Positions 1-9,152 of a stretch of DNA of 64,000 nucleotides are shown piece after piece. The notes under the pieces are model-generated. The model did no database searches. It saw only the letters and a program-made list of their open reading frames with translations, and was not told the origin of the DNA. The stretch comes from an uncultured Candidatus Rokubacteria bacterium (lineage in GTDB: Bacteria > Methylomirabilota > Methylomirabilia > Rokubacteriales > CSP1-6). Each line of letters starts with the position of its first letter. Position 1 is the first letter of the stretch. The stretch lies in NCBI GenBank assembly GCA_963762145.1, contig CAVXJS010000019.1:160001-224000 (forward strand), written 5' to 3'. The translations under genes and the position numbers were made by a program.

Positions 1-1297
1 GCTTCCGGACGGTGCGGGCCAGGTGGTGGGCGAAGCGCCGGTAGATCGCCTCCGGCGCGTAGGCGGCGCCGATGCAGCGCCGCCACATGTCGAGGACCTT
101 CGCCTCGGGGAGCCGGAAGACGACGTTGGACTCGCGGCCGCCGTCCGCGAGAATGCGCCCCTCCCGGGCCAGCCGATCCCACAGCGGGGTCTTGGGCAGG
201 GCGTAGAGGATGTTGATCGTCAGCATCGGGATCTGCGAGGCCTCGATGAAGTCGATCAGGTGTCCCGCGGTCGCCTCGGTGTCGGTGTCGAGCCCGAGGA
301 TGATGCCCGAGACCACCTCGAGCCCGTACTCGTTCAGCCGGGCGACCGCCTCCAGGATCGGCATGCGGAGGTTCTGGTCCTTCGACATCGAGCGGAGCGC
401 GTCGGGCTCGGGCGTCTCGATCCCGCAGAACACCGCGTAGAACCCGGCGTCGCGCATCAGGGCGAGCACCCGCTCGTTCTTCGCGATGTTCAGCGTGGCC
501 TCGCACGCGAAGCGCACCGGGAACCGGTTGCGGCGCTGCCACTCGACCAGGTGGGGGAGCAGCTCCAGCGCGGCCTTCTGGTTCGCGATGAAGTTGTCGT
601 CCACGAAGTAGATGGTGACCGCGCCGCCCGCCACCAGCGCGTCGAGCTCGGCCAGCACCTGCGCGGCGGTCTTGAGGCGTGGATTGCGCCCGTAGAGCGC
701 GGGGATGTCGCAGAACTCGCACGAGTAGGGGCAGCCGCTCGAGAACTGGATGCTCGAGATGAAGTACTGGGGGAGCTGGATCAAGTGGTAGGCGGGCAGC
801 GGGAACTCGGTCAGCGGCGTGCGCGTCCCGGTATCGAAGCGGAGCTGCTCGCGCGGCCGGCCGGTATGCCCGTCGAGCCATTCGATGATCGCGTCGGTCG
901 AGTCGCCCATCTCGCCAACCTGGATGAGATCGGCGCCCGGGTAGTGCTCCGGGCAGCCCGAGACCGAGGGGCCGCCCAGCACCACCGGCTTGCCCAGGCG
1001 GTGGGCGCGCGCGATGACGTCCTCGATGAAGGGGCGCTGCACGTGCATGCCGGAGAGGAAGATCGCGTCGGCCCAGGCGAGCTCGCCGGGGCCGGCCTCG
1101 CGCGCGTTCTCGTCCACGAAGCGCACCTCCCACGACTCGGGCAGGTAGGCCGCGATCACCAGCAGCCCCTGGGGCGGCATGAAGGCGCGGATGCGCCCGC
1201 CGAAGAGCGGGTAGGAGTAGTGGAACGTGCCGAAGGACGGCGCGTACCGCGGCGAGACGCAGAGGATGCGCCGGCGGTTCAGAGGCGCGTAGCTCAT
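1..1297 (-). CDS. hpnP: Hopanoid C-2 methylase, B12-binding radical SAM (3' end runs off the window; not in the ORF track)
   Basis: Manual translation: MSYAPLNRRRILCVSPRYAPSFGTF...AFMPPQGLLVIAAYLP...SGMHVQR...QFSSGCPYSCEFCDIPALYGRNPRLKT...YFVDDNF...FACEATLNIAK...SGIILGLDTD...ALPKTPLWDRL. CxxxCxxC motif plus blocks that match HpnP as I recall it. Alternative start at 1303. Confidence 0.88.
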   Translation of the reverse strand, partial: MSYAPLNRRRILCVSPRYAPSFGTFHYSYPLFGGRIRAFMPPQGLLVIAAYLPESWEVRFVDENAREAGPGELAWADAIFLSGMHVQRPFIEDVIARAHRLGKPVVLGGPSVSGCPEHYPGADLIQVGEMGDSTDAIIEWLDGHTGRPREQLRFDTGTRTPLTEFPLPAYHLIQLPQYFISSIQFSSGCPYSCEFCDIPALYGRNPRLKTAAQVLAELDALVAGGAVTIYFVDDNFIANQKAALELLPHLVEWQRRNRFPVRFACEATLNIAKNERVLALMRDAGFYAVFCGIETPEPDALRSMSKDQNLRMPILEAVARLNEYGLEVVSGIILGLDTDTEATAGHLIDFIEASQIPMLTINILYALPKTPLWDRLAREGRILADGGRESNVVFRLPEAKVLDMWRRCIGAAYAPEAIYRRFAHHLARTVRK

Positions 1298-1352
1298 GCG
1301 CATCAGGCGCGGGGAGAGGACAGGAACCGAGACGACCGCGCGGCCGGTCCGC

Positions 1353-2241
1353 TCAGGCGGAGCTCGCGGCGCCGGCGGGCTGCTCGATGTCGAGCGTGGT
1401 GACCCGGCGGAGCTCCCGGCGGTACTTCGCGTCGTCGAACGGGCGCGCCCGGTGCATGGTGGCGCGGTTGTCCCAGATCACGAGATCGCCCACGCGCCAC
1501 TGGTGGCGGTAGACGAACTCGGGCCGGGTGGCGTGCTCGATCAGGTCGCGCAGCAGCAGGCGGCCCTCGGGCACCGGCCAGTCGATGATCCGCGACGCGT
1601 GGGAGGCGACGTACAGCGAGCGGCGCTTCGAGCGCGGGATCGTCCGGATGAGGGGATGGATCGCGCCCTTGAGCGCGTCCTGCTCGCTCTCCGAGAACTC
1701 GAAGCCGAGCGTCTGGCGGGAGTGGGCGATCGAGTGGTGCACGCGAAGCCCCTCCAGGCGCGCCTTCTCCTCGTCGGGGAGCGCGTCGTAGGCCGCGCGC
1801 ATGTCCGCGTACTCGGTGTCCGCGTCCACCGGGGGGACGACCTTGGCCGAGAGCATCGAGTACCGGCCGGGCGGATCCTGGAAGGAGGCGTCGGTGTGCC
1901 AGAGCCGGTTGCCGAGCCCGTACATCCGCCGGCGGCTGTCGGACCTCATGATCTCGCCGTTCTCGTCGAGGTTCGAGATGTCGCCGAGCGCCTCGTTGCC
2001 GAACCGGTTCTTCTGGATCGCGCTGCTACCGAGCTTGGTGTGGAGCGCTCCGTCCAGTCGCTGGGCGAAGTCGAGCTGCTCGGCGATCGGTGAAGGGCTG
2101 GTCGTGGAAGACGAGGACCGCGTACTCGTCCATGCCCGCGCGGATCTCCGCGAGGGTCTCCGGATCGTGGACCCGGCGCAGGTCCACCGGGCCGACCTCG
2201 CCGACGAAGTGCGGGTGAAGCTTGCGGAATGTCAGGGCCAT
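1353..2241 (-). CDS. TauD/TfdA-family Fe(II)/2-oxoglutarate dioxygenase (one frameshift near 2085)
   Basis: ORF 2026..2241 (N-terminus) joins ORF 1353..1949. WHTDASF (HxD) and WDNRATMHR motifs. Confidence 0.88.
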
Positions 2242-2259
2242 GACATGTCTCCCGCCACG

Positions 2260-2288
2260 AATCTAGGCCGACCGGGCCGGGGAGTCAA
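2260..2288 (-). promoter_or_regulatory. sigma70-type promoter for the dioxygenase-hpnP genes
   Basis: Minus strand TTGACT-N17-TAGATT, ending about 19 nt before the ATG at 2241. Confidence 0.6.
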
Positions 2289-2357
2289 GCAAACGGTCGG
2301 TCCCGTCGACAAGCCGCGCGGGACCGTGCCAAGATGCGCGCCGGGAGGCGACCTGAC

Positions 2358-3290
2358 ATGAACGTCGGATTCATCGGACTGGGACTCATGGGCGCCAGCA
2401 TGGCGTCGAATCTGCAAACCGCCGGCCACGCGCTGTTCGTGCACGACGTGCGGAAGGCGGCCGCCGCCCCGCATCTGAGCGCGGGTGCGGTCTGGAAGGA
2501 CAGCCCCCGCGCGGTCGCCGAGGCCGCCGAGGTGGTGTTCACGTCGCTGCCCGGCCCGCCCGAGGTCGAGCAGGTCGCCATCGGGCCGGACGGGCTCCTC
2601 CACGGCGTCCGCGCGGGCTCGGCGGTCTTCGATCTTTCCACCAACGCGCCGGCCCTGGTGCGGCGGCTCGACGGGCTCTTCGGGGCCCGCGGAGCGCATG
2701 TGCTCGACGCCCCGGTGAGCGGGGGGCCGACGGGCGCGCGGACGCGCCGGCTGGCGATCTGGGTGGGCGGCGAGCGCGCGGTGTACGATCGCTACCGCCC
2801 GCTGCTCGAGGCGATGGGCGATCAGCCCTACTACGTGGGCCCGGTGGGCGCGGGCGCGGTGGCCAAGCTCGTGCACAACTGCGCCAGCTTCACGATCCGC
2901 GCCGTGCTGGCCGAGGTGTTCAGCATGGGCGTGAAGGCGGGCGTGGCCCCGGAGCTGCTCTGGCAGGCGGTGCGCCAGGGCAACAGCGGTCGCCGGCGCA
3001 CCTTCGACGTGCTGGCCGAGAAGTTTCTGCCCGGGGAGTTCGAGCCGCCGTCCTTCGCGCTCCGGCTGGGTCACAAGGACGTCTCGCTGGCCACCGCGCT
3101 CGGTCGCGAGGTCGGCGTGCCGATGCGGCTGGCCAACCTGGCGCTCGAGGAGATCACCGAAGCGCTCGGCCGCGGCTGGGGCGACCGGGACTCGAGCAGC
3201 TTCATGCTGCTGGAGGAGGAGCGCGCGGGCGTGACGATCAAGGTGCCCCGGGAGCGCCTCCAGCAGATCCTCGAGCAAGACGGACGGTGA
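2358..3290 (+). CDS. NAD(P)-dependent beta-hydroxyacid dehydrogenase (3-hydroxyisobutyrate DH family)
   Basis: GFIGLGLMG, DAPVSGG and KLVHN motifs; GGAGG RBS upstream. Confidence 0.88.
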   Translation: MNVGFIGLGLMGASMASNLQTAGHALFVHDVRKAAAAPHLSAGAVWKDSPRAVAEAAEVVFTSLPGPPEVEQVAIGPDGLLHGVRAGSAVFDLSTNAPALVRRLDGLFGARGAHVLDAPVSGGPTGARTRRLAIWVGGERAVYDRYRPLLEAMGDQPYYVGPVGAGAVAKLVHNCASFTIRAVLAEVFSMGVKAGVAPELLWQAVRQGNSGRRRTFDVLAEKFLPGEFEPPSFALRLGHKDVSLATALGREVGVPMRLANLALEEITEALGRGWGDRDSSSFMLLEEERAGVTIKVPRERLQQILEQDGR

Positions 3291-5326
3291 AGCGGCCCGG
3301 GCTCGCGCTGCTGGGCGCGCTGATGCTCTGGCCGGCGGCGGCCAGCGCGCAGGCGCCGCCGAGCCCCGCGCTGACGAGCTACGTGCAAGGTCTCGACGCG
3401 CTCCGGCAGGGCCGCTACGACGAGGCGGCCGCGGCCCTCGGCCGCGCGGTGCAGGCCGGGCCGGATCCCTCGTTCGTCCTGGCCCGCGGGGTGGCGCAGT
3501 GTCTCGGGGAGAAGCCTCGCGAGGCGATCGCCGACTTCGAGCAGGCCAAGCGGGCGGGACTGCGCTCGCGCGAGGCCGATCTCTGGATCTACACCGCGCA
3601 GATGATGAGCGGAGGCCGCGAGCGGAGCAGCCTCGACAACAAGGGCCGCGGCGGGCAGGGCTGGTTCGGCGGGGCGCCCGGCCACGTCATCCAGGGACGC
3701 GACGACTACCCGACCGACTACGCGTCGTTCGTGTACTACGAGATGGCGACGCCTTACAGCAAGGGCGTGACACCGGCGGTGCGGCACGCGATGCGGCAGG
3801 CCGGCGCCTGGTTCGCCAACCGCGCGGCCACGCGCGCCGACCTGGCCCCCGTGCACCTCGCCCGCGCCCGCGAGCTCTTTGCTCAAGGGAGCTACGCGGC
3901 GGTGCTCGACTCGCTCGCGTTCGTGCGCGGGGTGTACCCCGCGAACGCGGACGTGCACGCCTACTCGGGTGGCGCGTGGCTGCAGCTCGGCCGGTCGGCG
4001 AGCGCGCGGCGCGAGCTGACCATCGGGCTGACGCAGCAGACCCGCGCCCCCGACGTCTACGTGAGCCGTGCGGTGGCGGCGGCGCGCCTGGGTGATGGCG
4101 CGCGCGCCCGCTCCGATCTCGAGACCGCCTCGCGGTACGACGCCGCCCTCGGCGCCCGGGTCCGCGCGCAGGTCGAGAAGGAGATCGCGGCGGGCCGGGC
4201 GGACGGCCAGCCGGAGTCCCTGCTGGCGGCGCTGGAGTCGAGCGCCCGCGGCGGCGCGCCGCAGGAGACGCTGGTCGGCCAGGCCCTGACGCTCCATCGG
4301 GCGCTGGCGCCCCGGCGTCTCCGCTACGACGAGTGGTACCAGGACCGCATGCGTGAGCTGGAAGACGCTCAGCGCGCCCCGCCCAAGTCGCCGCCGCCGT
4401 ACGTGGCGCTGGCCCGCTTCCTGATCGAGGAGGCGAACCTGGCGTACCGCGGCGAGGACGTCGAGCCGCGGCAAGGGCCGCAACCCTTCCGCTGGCAGCT
4501 CTCGCGCCAGGCCGAGCTGCGCCGCGCGGTGGTGGTGTGCGACGAGGCGCTGGCCGCGCAGCCCGGCCACATCGGGGCCCAGACCGCGAAGGCGATCGCG
4601 CTGGTGCGCCTGGGCGACGCGGCCACCGCCGAGCAGATCGTCAACCGCGTGCTCGCCGACGCGCCGCAGAACCCGGAAGCCCTCCGGCTGCGGGGGAAGT
4701 TCCTGGTGGAGCGCGCGGGGGCGCTGTACGCGCAGGCCGCTGCGCTCCGCGCCCCGCGCATCGAGACCAGCTCGCATACCGAGACCCGCTCCGACGGGGT
4801 CTACCGCGTGACCCAGACGACCTACCATGCCCCCACCGGCGACGCCCTGGCGCAGGCGGCCCAGCTCGAGGCCCAGGCCGCGGAGCTGATGCGCGCCTCG
4901 CGGGCCGCGCTCGCCGCCGCGCTCGCGGTGCTCAAGGACACCTTCGAGGGCGACATGCTCCAGGCCGAGGTGGACTTCGCGGCGGGCCGTCACGAGGCGG
5001 CCTTCGCCGATCTGCAGAGCGCGCTCCGGCGACAGCCGCGCTCGCTCGACGCGGCGGCGAGCACGGACGAGGCGGGGCGCGAGATCTCGGTCGCCCTCGT
5101 CAATCGCGACCGCGACCTGACCGCGACGATCGAGGTGACGGGGGCGGACGTGGCGGGGCCGGTGCGAGTCTGGGAGGTGAACGGGCCCGACGTCGGCGCG
5201 ATGAACTCGTTCGAGGCACCGCGCCGCGTGGACGTGCGTGAGAGCCGGGCCACCGCGCGGAGCGGCGGGCTCGACCACGTGTGCCCGGCGCACTCCATCA
5301 CGATCCTGCGCCTGACCGCCCGCTGA
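3287..5326 (+). CDS. Secreted TPR-repeat protein with a C-terminal GH51 arabinofuranosidase C-terminal-like domain
   Basis: Signal peptide (…AASA-Q), several TPR-like helical repeats; the last ~95 aa (SVALVNRD…MNSFEAPRRV…PAHSITILRL) resemble Alpha-L-AF_C. Confidence 0.65.
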   Translation: MKRPGLALLGALMLWPAAASAQAPPSPALTSYVQGLDALRQGRYDEAAAALGRAVQAGPDPSFVLARGVAQCLGEKPREAIADFEQAKRAGLRSREADLWIYTAQMMSGGRERSSLDNKGRGGQGWFGGAPGHVIQGRDDYPTDYASFVYYEMATPYSKGVTPAVRHAMRQAGAWFANRAATRADLAPVHLARARELFAQGSYAAVLDSLAFVRGVYPANADVHAYSGGAWLQLGRSASARRELTIGLTQQTRAPDVYVSRAVAAARLGDGARARSDLETASRYDAALGARVRAQVEKEIAAGRADGQPESLLAALESSARGGAPQETLVGQALTLHRALAPRRLRYDEWYQDRMRELEDAQRAPPKSPPPYVALARFLIEEANLAYRGEDVEPRQGPQPFRWQLSRQAELRRAVVVCDEALAAQPGHIGAQTAKAIALVRLGDAATAEQIVNRVLADAPQNPEALRLRGKFLVERAGALYAQAAALRAPRIETSSHTETRSDGVYRVTQTTYHAPTGDALAQAAQLEAQAAELMRASRAALAAALAVLKDTFEGDMLQAEVDFAAGRHEAAFADLQSALRRQPRSLDAAASTDEAGREISVALVNRDRDLTATIEVTGADVAGPVRVWEVNGPDVGAMNSFEAPRRVDVRESRATARSGGLDHVCPAHSITILRLTAR

Positions 5327-5329
5327 CGG

Positions 5330-6556
5330 TCAGCCCTCGGCCGCGACGGTCTTGAAGGCGCGCTCCGCGGCCTCGAGCGTGCGCGCCACGTCCTCCTCAG
5401 TGTGGGCCGCCGACACGAACCAGTTGTGGGTGGGGTGGGCGTAGGCGCCGCCCGCGGTCACCAGCCCGCACCAGCGGCGCGTGCGCCGCCGCTCGGGGTC
5501 GTCGACGAAGCGGATCACCGGCATCGCGGGCTGGCCGACCGGCATCAGCGGGACGCCGTGGCGCCGCGCCTGCTCGGCGAGGCCGTCGCACAGGAGCGCG
5601 CCGGTCCGCTGGATGCGCGCGATCGCGTCGGTGCGCGCGAGGACGTCGAGGGTGGCCAGCGCTGCCGCGAAGGAGGCGCTCGCGAAGAAGAACGAACCGG
5701 TGAAGTAGATGCGCTCGGCGGCCGGGCGGAGCGCCTCGCGCGCGAGGCCGGCGGAGAGGGCGTGGCCGTTGGCGATGGCCTTGGAGTAGCAGATCAGGTC
5801 GGGCGCGGCCCCGAAGTGCTCGCACGAGCCGCCCAGGTTGAACCGGAAGCCGGCGCGCACGTCGTCCATCGCGAAGAGCGCGCCGTGAGCGTCGCAGAGG
5901 GCGCGGAGGCCCGCGAAGAAGCCGGGGGCGGGGGCCGCGCCGGTCACGTGGTCGAACGGGGCGGTCATCACCACCGCGATCTCGCCCGGGTGCGCGGCGA
6001 ACAGGGCGCCGAGCTCGTCGAGGTCGTTCCACGCGAACTCGAGCAGGTCGTCGCGATAGTGCGCGGGCACGCCGGGGAGGTGGGGGAGGGCCCACGGGCG
6101 CGCGGCGTGGTAAGCGCCCCGGACCCGGGCGATCCGCGGCCGGCCGGTATGCCCGCGCGCCACGTCCACCGCCCAGCTCGTCGCGTCCGCGCCGTTCTTG
6201 CCGAAGACGGCGAAGTCCGCGCGTGGCGTGACGGCGACCAGCCGCTCCGCCAGCTCCACCATGCGCGGGCCCGGCAGGGGTAGGCAGTCGCCGCCGGCCC
6301 GCTGCTCGGCCACCGCCGCCTCGATCGCGGGGTGACCGTACCCCAGGATCATGGGTCCATAGGCGCACATCCAGTCGACGTACTCGTTGCCGTCGACGTC
6401 CCAGACGCGGGAGCGCTCGGCGCGGGCGAGGAACCGGGGATGCTCCTCCCCGAGGGCGGCGCCGTTCTGGTGGCCGTAGACGCCGCCCGGCATGACCCGC
6501 CGCGCGCGCTCCCACAGCGCGTGGCTCGCGGCGAGGCGGGGGGACGGAGTGTCCAT
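5330..6556 (-). CDS. Class III PLP aminotransferase (GSA aminomutase-like)
   Basis: WDVDGNEYVD, GPMILG, DDVRAGFR and YSKAIANG (PLP lysine). Confidence 0.88.
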   Translation of the reverse strand: MDTPSPRLAASHALWERARRVMPGGVYGHQNGAALGEEHPRFLARAERSRVWDVDGNEYVDWMCAYGPMILGYGHPAIEAAVAEQRAGGDCLPLPGPRMVELAERLVAVTPRADFAVFGKNGADATSWAVDVARGHTGRPRIARVRGAYHAARPWALPHLPGVPAHYRDDLLEFAWNDLDELGALFAAHPGEIAVVMTAPFDHVTGAAPAPGFFAGLRALCDAHGALFAMDDVRAGFRFNLGGSCEHFGAAPDLICYSKAIANGHALSAGLAREALRPAAERIYFTGSFFFASASFAAALATLDVLARTDAIARIQRTGALLCDGLAEQARRHGVPLMPVGQPAMPVIRFVDDPERRRTRRWCGLVTAGGAYAHPTHNWFVSAAHTEEDVARTLEAAERAFKTVAAEG

Positions 6557-6593
6557 CGCCGGGCATGATAGCACCCGGCCGCGGACAGCCGCG

Positions 6594-6983
6594 CTAGCGC
6601 TGCTCGAGGCCCAGCGCCATCACGGTCGCCTGATCCGGGCGGCCGGTGACGCGGAGCCCATGACGGCGCTGGAAGGCGCGCAGCGCCTCCGCGGTATGGG
6701 TGTTCATCATCGCCTCGGTCGGCCCCGCGGAATAGCCCCGCTCCTTCAGGGCGGCGCGCACCGCCCGGAGGCGCTCCTCGTATCGGGTCACCAGTACCGA
6801 CGGCTGGTGCTGGCGGGAGTACTCCATCCGGTGCATCAGGTCGCGCTCCCAGCGGCCGGTCATGGTGAGCCCGATCTCGATGACCCCGTACACCACGAGC
6901 ACCGCGAGGCCCGCGACGAGAGGAAAGAAGACCACCGGTCGAAGGATGTGCCGCCGTAGCGGGCCGCTCAGTTGGTCGATCAT
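6594..6983 (-). CDS. Membrane-anchored peptidoglycan-binding domain protein
   Basis: N-terminal TM helix; ALKERGY…TAEALRAFQRRHGLRVTGRPDQATVMAL is PG_binding_1-like. Confidence 0.75.
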   Translation of the reverse strand: MIDQLSGPLRRHILRPVVFFPLVAGLAVLVVYGVIEIGLTMTGRWERDLMHRMEYSRQHQPSVLVTRYEERLRAVRAALKERGYSAGPTEAMMNTHTAEALRAFQRRHGLRVTGRPDQATVMALGLEQR

Positions 6984-6996
6984 GCCGAGCGGCAAT

Positions 6997-7012
6997 TGCA
7001 ACCGGTGTGCCG
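6997..7012 (-). promoter_or_regulatory. sigma54 -24/-12 promoter motif
   Basis: Minus strand CGGCAC-ACCGG-TTGCA (GG-N10-GC), just upstream of ATG 6983. Confidence 0.65.
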
Positions 7013-7118
7013 TGGGCGAGGCCTCGAAAGTCGGGGAAATTCGCGGGTCGTCCGGCGCGAGGAGTTCCCGGCGGAAGAAACTACCGAGAACGGAATGACC
7101 GGCAGCTGCGCGCGGGTG

Positions 7119-8006
7119 CTAGAGGTGCGGGAGAACGGTGGAGGCGAAGAGCCAGGTGCCTTCGGGCCGGGGCACGTCGGCGAAGTTGACGGTGAGCCGG
7201 CGAGCGCCCTGCTTGATGATGCCCCGCATCGTCTCGGTCACCTGGGCGGGGGTGCCGACGATCTGGATGTCGCTCAGCGAGCGGGTGCCCGGCGCCTTCT
7301 TCAGGCGCGCGATCTCTCGCTCGTTCTCCGCGATCAGGATGCCGACGCGGACCACCTGCTCGATCGTGTCGTAGTCGCGTCCCACGTCGCGACAGTGGGC
7401 CTTGAGCACTTCCTGCTTGTGGGCGTAGGCCTCCGGCCCTTTCCAGACGTAGTTCCACCAGTCGGCGTGCGCGGCCACCACCCGCAGCAGGTACTTCTCG
7501 CCGGAGCCGCCCACCATGACCGGCGGCACCGGGCTGGGCCGCGGCTCGCAGTAGGCGCCCGAGATCTGATAGTGCTCGCCGCGGTACTCGGCCGGCGCTC
7601 CGGCCCACATGCCCCGGATCAGCTCGATGGCTTCCGCCAGCTGGGCGATGCGCACCCGGGCGGGCGGGTAGGGAAAGCCGTAGGTCCGGTACTCCTCCTC
7701 GTTCCACCCCGCGCCGATGCCCAGGATCACCCGCCCGCCCGAGAGGGCCTGCGCGGTCGCCGCCATCTTGGCCAGGTGGGCCGGGTTGCGGAAGCTGTTG
7801 CAGAGCACCTCGTGGCCGCAACGCTTGTCGGGATAGCGGGCCAGCGCCCAGGTGAGGAGCGTCCAGCCCTCCGCCACCTTGTGGGCGCCGTACTGCAGGT
7901 GGTCCGGCATCCAGAGGATGTCGAAGGGCGAGACGGTCTGGTCGAAGTACGGGAAGGTGTCCTCGACGAGCCGCGACCAGATGTTGAGCCCGACGGGAAC
8001 CGCCAC
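7119..8006 (-). CDS. LLM-class flavin/F420-dependent oxidoreductase
   Basis: WMPDHL, RNPAHLAKMAAT, SGGRVILGIGAGW, PVMVGGSGE; GTG start inferred. Confidence 0.88.
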   Translation of the reverse strand: MAVPVGLNIWSRLVEDTFPYFDQTVSPFDILWMPDHLQYGAHKVAEGWTLLTWALARYPDKRCGHEVLCNSFRNPAHLAKMAATAQALSGGRVILGIGAGWNEEEYRTYGFPYPPARVRIAQLAEAIELIRGMWAGAPAEYRGEHYQISGAYCEPRPSPVPPVMVGGSGEKYLLRVVAAHADWWNYVWKGPEAYAHKQEVLKAHCRDVGRDYDTIEQVVRVGILIAENEREIARLKKAPGTRSLSDIQIVGTPAQVTETMRGIIKQGARRLTVNFADVPRPEGTWLFASTVLPHL

Positions 8007-8017
8007 GGTGGGAGCCG

Positions 8018-8998
8018 CTAGCCGCGGAAGTGGCGGCGGTCGCCCGCCCGGAGCCAGAGGCGCACGAGGTGCCGCCGGTCCTCGGGGCGCTCGGCGTCCT
8101 GGTACGGGGTCCGGCCGTGCACGATCACGCGGTTGTTCAGCACCTGGATCTGGCCGCGCTCGATCCAGAGATCGAGGCGATGGGCCGGATCGCTCAGGAA
8201 CGCGTCCATGAGGCGCACCGCCTGCGCGCCGTCCGCGTCGAGCGCCCGGCCGGTCTTCTCGTAGCCGCGCACGATGTGCCGGGCGTTGAAGCGAGTCCGG
8301 AGGCCGCTCTCCCACGCGAACACGGGCCGGAAGTTGGTCGCGGCCGCGTCCGCCGCCTGGTACTCCTGATGATCGCGGTAGAACGCTTCGTACAGGCGGC
8401 GCAGGAGCGCGGGATGCTCGCTCAGGAAGTAGTTGTGGGCGGCGGCCGCGCTCGACACGATGCTCATGCCGCCGGCCCGCGCCGGCCGCAGGCAGAAGAG
8501 GCTCACGTAGTTCGGCGGCGCTTCGCCCATGCTGCTGTCGGTGTGCATCTCGAGCCCTTCCGGAGTCAGCGCCGCCCGCGTGTCCTGCGTGTACTCCTGT
8601 CCGTCGTGGCGGACATCGTAGATGACGGTGCCCTTCCACTCCTGCGCCACCGGGGGCTCGAGGAAGCTCATCAGCAGCCAGTACAACGCGATCGCCTCGT
8701 CGCGGCTCATGGCGTCCACCGGGAGGCGGTCGAGCATCACGAAGCCCGGGCCCTCGTCGAGCCGGCGGCGGACCTCGCCCATCCACTGCGCGGTGGCCGC
8801 GAGCGGGAAGTGCTCGGGCAGCAGCAGGAGAGTCGGAACCGGCGCTCGACGCAGCTCGGCGAGGGCGCGCTCCAGCTCGCTCAGCACCGCGGCGGGGATC
8901 CGGATCAGGTAGCAGTCGGCGGCCAGCGTCGGGCCGTGCCAGGCCGCGGGCTCCGGGATGAGGGCGGAGAGCATGGCGGGCGCCTCGGTGGTCGTCAC
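8018..8998 (-). CDS. TauD/TfdA-family dioxygenase (clavaminate-synthase-like)
   Basis: MHTD, NNRVIVHGR, RHLVRLW; GTG start 8 nt after a TAGAAT -10 (or ATG 8974). Confidence 0.85.
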   Translation of the reverse strand: MTTTEAPAMLSALIPEPAAWHGPTLAADCYLIRIPAAVLSELERALAELRRAPVPTLLLLPEHFPLAATAQWMGEVRRRLDEGPGFVMLDRLPVDAMSRDEAIALYWLLMSFLEPPVAQEWKGTVIYDVRHDGQEYTQDTRAALTPEGLEMHTDSSMGEAPPNYVSLFCLRPARAGGMSIVSSAAAAHNYFLSEHPALLRRLYEAFYRDHQEYQAADAAATNFRPVFAWESGLRTRFNARHIVRGYEKTGRALDADGAQAVRLMDAFLSDPAHRLDLWIERGQIQVLNNRVIVHGRTPYQDAERPEDRRHLVRLWLRAGDRRHFRG

Positions 8999-9152
8999 GG
9001 CTCCGTATTCTAGCAGCCCACGCCGGCGCGCTGGGCCTTTACCTGGTCGGGGCGAAGCGCTAGCATGGCGCCGGCTCAGGGCGGACCCGTACGCGTCCGC
9101 GGGAGAAGAACCCGCAGCACCCAGGGTCCAGAGACCCAAGGGGAGGATCGCC

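Noticed and set aside
23-1402. 459-aa plus-strand ORF and the many other long antisense or alternative-frame ORFs (e.g. 3071..5293, 11254..13512, 55392..57389)
   Set aside because: Shadow ORFs of high-GC genes: Arg/Gly/Pro-rich, no motifs, and opposite recognisable genes.
2315-2335. TTGGCACGG on the minus strand resembling a sigma54 -24 element
   Set aside because: No GC at the required GG-N10-GC spacing; a good sigma70 promoter lies closer to the gene.
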